This document shows positions 62,016 to 64,000 of a stretch of DNA of 64,000 bases, in pieces. A model generated the notes under the pieces. The model was given only the letters and a program-made list of their open reading frames with translations. It searched no databases and was not told the origin of the DNA. How positions within the stretch are numbered: the stretch's first letter is position 1; every line of letters begins with the position of its first letter. Both the position numbers and the translations under genes were made by a program. This DNA comes from an uncultured Ectothiorhodospiraceae bacterium (GTDB taxonomy: Bacteria > Pseudomonadota > Gammaproteobacteria > GCA-002705445 > GCA-002716945): positions 35,197 through 99,196 of the forward strand of contig CAYFEQ010000002.1 in assembly GCA_964342155.1 (NCBI GenBank), read 5' to 3'.

Positions 62016-62987
62016 TTAAACAACTTTATTTGGCAAATCTCTCTTGTCAAAAAAAGCAAGGCTATTTTCTATTGCTGTATTACCCATAGCTATTCTTGTT
62101 TCAATTGATGCGCTTCCCAAATGTGGAAATGAGACAACATTTTCAAATGTCTTGAGTTCATCCGGCAAGTTTGGTTCAGTTTCAAAAACATCTAAACCTG
62201 CTCCTGCTATCTCTTTATTTTTCAAAGCTTCAATTAATGCTTTTTCATCCACGATGTCACCTCGGGCAGTATTGATGATGAAAGCAGTTTTTTTCATTAA
62301 AGAAAAACGTTCTTTATTCATTAAGTGGAATGTTTCTTTTGTAGCGGGGCAATTTACCGAAACAAAATCTGACTCTTTACATATATCTTCTATTGTATTG
62401 AGTTTTTTTGCATCAAATTTACTTGTTACGTCTTCTGATATATCAAATGGATCCCAAAATGCTATCTTCATATTAAAACCAAATTTTGCTCTTTGAGCTA
62501 CAGCTTGTCCAATTCGACCAAAGCCAATTATACCAAGAGTTTTGCCCGTTACTTTAGTTCCAAGCAAATGAGTAGGCCTCCATCCAGTCCAATTATTAGC
62601 TCTTAACTCTCTTTCGCCTTCACCAACTCTTCTTGCAACCATTAGTAGTAGTGACATTGCAATATCAGCTGTACAATCAGTCAAAACTGCTGGTGTATTT
62701 GAAACAGTAATTCCAAGTTCTTTAGCCTTGTCTATATCAATATGATTAAATCCAACACCAAAATTACCAATCATATTTGCTCTCCTGTTCTCAACAGATA
62801 AAACTTCAGCGGTGATTTTATCCGTTACTGTAGGCATTAATACATCACAGTTTTGTAAAGCTTGTTTTAATTCTTCAGTCGTGAAAGGTTTATCAGACTC
62901 GTTTAGAGTTACATCGAACAATTCTTTCAATCTTTCTTCACATTTTGAAGGCCACCTTCTAGTGACGATTGCTACTGGTTTTGACAT
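62016..62987 (-). CDS. D-isomer-specific 2-hydroxyacid dehydrogenase (glyoxylate/hydroxypyruvate reductase)
   Basis: 323 aa; NAD-binding GIIGFGRIGQAVA, catalytic ARG...E...H (FPHLGSAS) triad region. Confidence 0.75.
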   Translation of the reverse strand: MSKPVAIVTRRWPSKCEERLKELFDVTLNESDKPFTTEELKQALQNCDVLMPTVTDKITAEVLSVENRRANMIGNFGVGFNHIDIDKAKELGITVSNTPAVLTDCTADIAMSLLLMVARRVGEGERELRANNWTGWRPTHLLGTKVTGKTLGIIGFGRIGQAVAQRAKFGFNMKIAFWDPFDISEDVTSKFDAKKLNTIEDICKESDFVSVNCPATKETFHLMNKERFSLMKKTAFIINTARGDIVDEKALIEALKNKEIAGAGLDVFETEPNLPDELKTFENVVSFPHLGSASIETRIAMGNTAIENSLAFFDKRDLPNKVV

Positions 62988-62990
62988 AGA

Positions 62991-64000
62991 TTACTCTCCA
63001 CTTGGATTTTCTAGCCAATATTTTGAAGCCGCAGCTACACCGCTGCCAAGTTCAATCTTTATTCCATTATCCATCATGGCCATTTCAGCACCTGATATTG
63101 CTCCACAAAGCATTAATTCATTCAAATCACCTAAATGTCCGATTCTAAATACTTTACCGGCAACTTTGGCTAGGCCAGCGCCTAAAGCAAGATTATATTT
63201 ATGGAATGCAGTACTAATGACTGGGACAGCATCCGCACCTTCTGGAACAACAATTGCACTCACAGTATCTGAGTACCATTTTTCTTCTTTCGCACATAAA
63301 TTAAGTCCCCATCCTTCAGTTATAGCTCTACGAGTCCCTTCCGCTAGACGGTGATGCCTTTTCCAAATATTTTCAAGACCTTCGTCAAATATCATATCTA
63401 AAGCAACACGAAAACCTCTCAATAAATTTACTGGTGGAGTATAAGGAAGATATCCAGATTCAGTTTTAGCTATCATGTCTGCTACATCAAAATAACAGGT
63501 AGGGTAATTAGAATTTTTCATTGCATCTATTGCTTTTTCACTCAGACCTAGTATCCCTAATCCAGCTGGCATCATAAATCCTTTTTGCGAACCACTTACG
63601 ATACAATCAACACCCCAGTCATCCATTCTAAATTCATAACTTGCAACAGAACTAACTCCGTCTACCATTAATAATGCAGGGTGATTTAAATCATCTAAAA
63701 TCTTTCTTACTCCTGCCACATCACTCTTAACGCCAGTTGCTGTTTCATTTTGACAAACCAATACAGCTTTTATTTTATGATTTTTATCTTCCGATAGATG
63801 TTTGTGATAATTATCTAAATTTGCTCCCGTTCCCCATTCTTCGTCCATCACAATAGTTTTAAATTGGAGCCTACTGCACATGTCAAGCCAGAGCATACTA
63901 AATTGTCCAAAACTAGCACCTAAAACTGTATCTCCAATATTTAAAGTGCTTTGTAATGCAGCTTCCCAACACCCTGTACCAGATGAAGGAAAAAAAACTG
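62991..64000 (-). CDS. Class V aminotransferase (serine--glyoxylate / serine--pyruvate aminotransferase), 5' end beyond window
   Basis: Frame stays open past the listed Met to the window edge (…GTGCWEAALQSTLNIGDTVL upstream); AGXT-family PLP region (SGSQKG) visible. Confidence 0.7.
   Translation of the reverse strand, partial: VFFPSSGTGCWEAALQSTLNIGDTVLGASFGQFSMLWLDMCSRLQFKTIVMDEEWGTGANLDNYHKHLSEDKNHKIKAVLVCQNETATGVKSDVAGVRKILDDLNHPALLMVDGVSSVASYEFRMDDWGVDCIVSGSQKGFMMPAGLGILGLSEKAIDAMKNSNYPTCYFDVADMIAKTESGYLPYTPPVNLLRGFRVALDMIFDEGLENIWKRHHRLAEGTRRAITEGWGLNLCAKEEKWYSDTVSAIVVPEGADAVPVISTAFHKYNLALGAGLAKVAGKVFRIGHLGDLNELMLCGAISGAEMAMMDNGIKIELGSGVAAASKYWLENPSGE

Noticed and set aside
62044-63354. 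Two + strand ORFs (150 aa and 180 aa)
   Set aside because: Antisense to the 2-hydroxyacid dehydrogenase and aminotransferase genes, which have unambiguous motifs.

Overview
This 64-kb window reads as a densely packed core-chromosome segment of an AT-rich, genome-streamlined marine gammaproteobacterium. The gene order repeatedly matches Pseudomonas/Oceanospirillales-type synteny: gshB-ruvX-pyrB, yggS-proC-yggT-metX-metW, yggX-mutY, polA divergent from a Pseudomonas-type thrB, cytochrome c4-dsbA, ubiE-ubiJ-ubiB, gmk-rpoZ-spoT, lgt-thyA-folA and thiE-hemL. Almost every gene has a confident housekeeping assignment. Genes are separated by 0-80 bp or overlap (ATGA/TAATG junctions). I find only two tRNAs (Phe-GAA, Arg-CCG) and no rRNA, CRISPR, integrase, transposase or phage genes. 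I see no classical mobile or defence island. The functional theme is heavily S-adenosylmethionine/methionine centred (metK, ahcY, bioA, metX, metW, speD, speE, ubiE). The unexplained or unusual signals worth a second look are listed here. (1) A nitrogen-regulated module in which a small outer-membrane beta-barrel (porin-like) gene is placed upstream of glnK-amtB. It sits behind a recognisable sigma-54 (-24/-12) promoter and an NtrC-type palindrome, in a 239-bp intergenic region that also carries two sets of short direct repeats. (2) A 414-bp intergenic region, by far the longest in the window, between a stand-alone, conspicuously GC-richer HNH endonuclease gene and priA. It contains a perfect inverted pair of consensus DnaA boxes (TTATCCACA). 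(3) A translationally coupled rubredoxin - DinF-type MATE transporter - YfaE-like 2Fe-2S ferredoxin operon. (4) A TPR::2OG-Fe(II)-oxygenase fusion gene abutting the 3' end of tRNA-Phe, next to a TerB-family/HspQ pair. (5) A HAD hydrolase wedged between argS and the divergent speD/speE pair. (6) thrB fused in an operon with TRAP permease genes dctQM, with a convergent Tat-signal DctP. None of these is a demonstrably novel system from sequence alone. I rank the porin-glnK-amtB unit and the redox-protein/MATE operon as the most worth follow-up. Many + strand ORFs in the six-frame track are shadow ORFs opposite real genes and are rejected.
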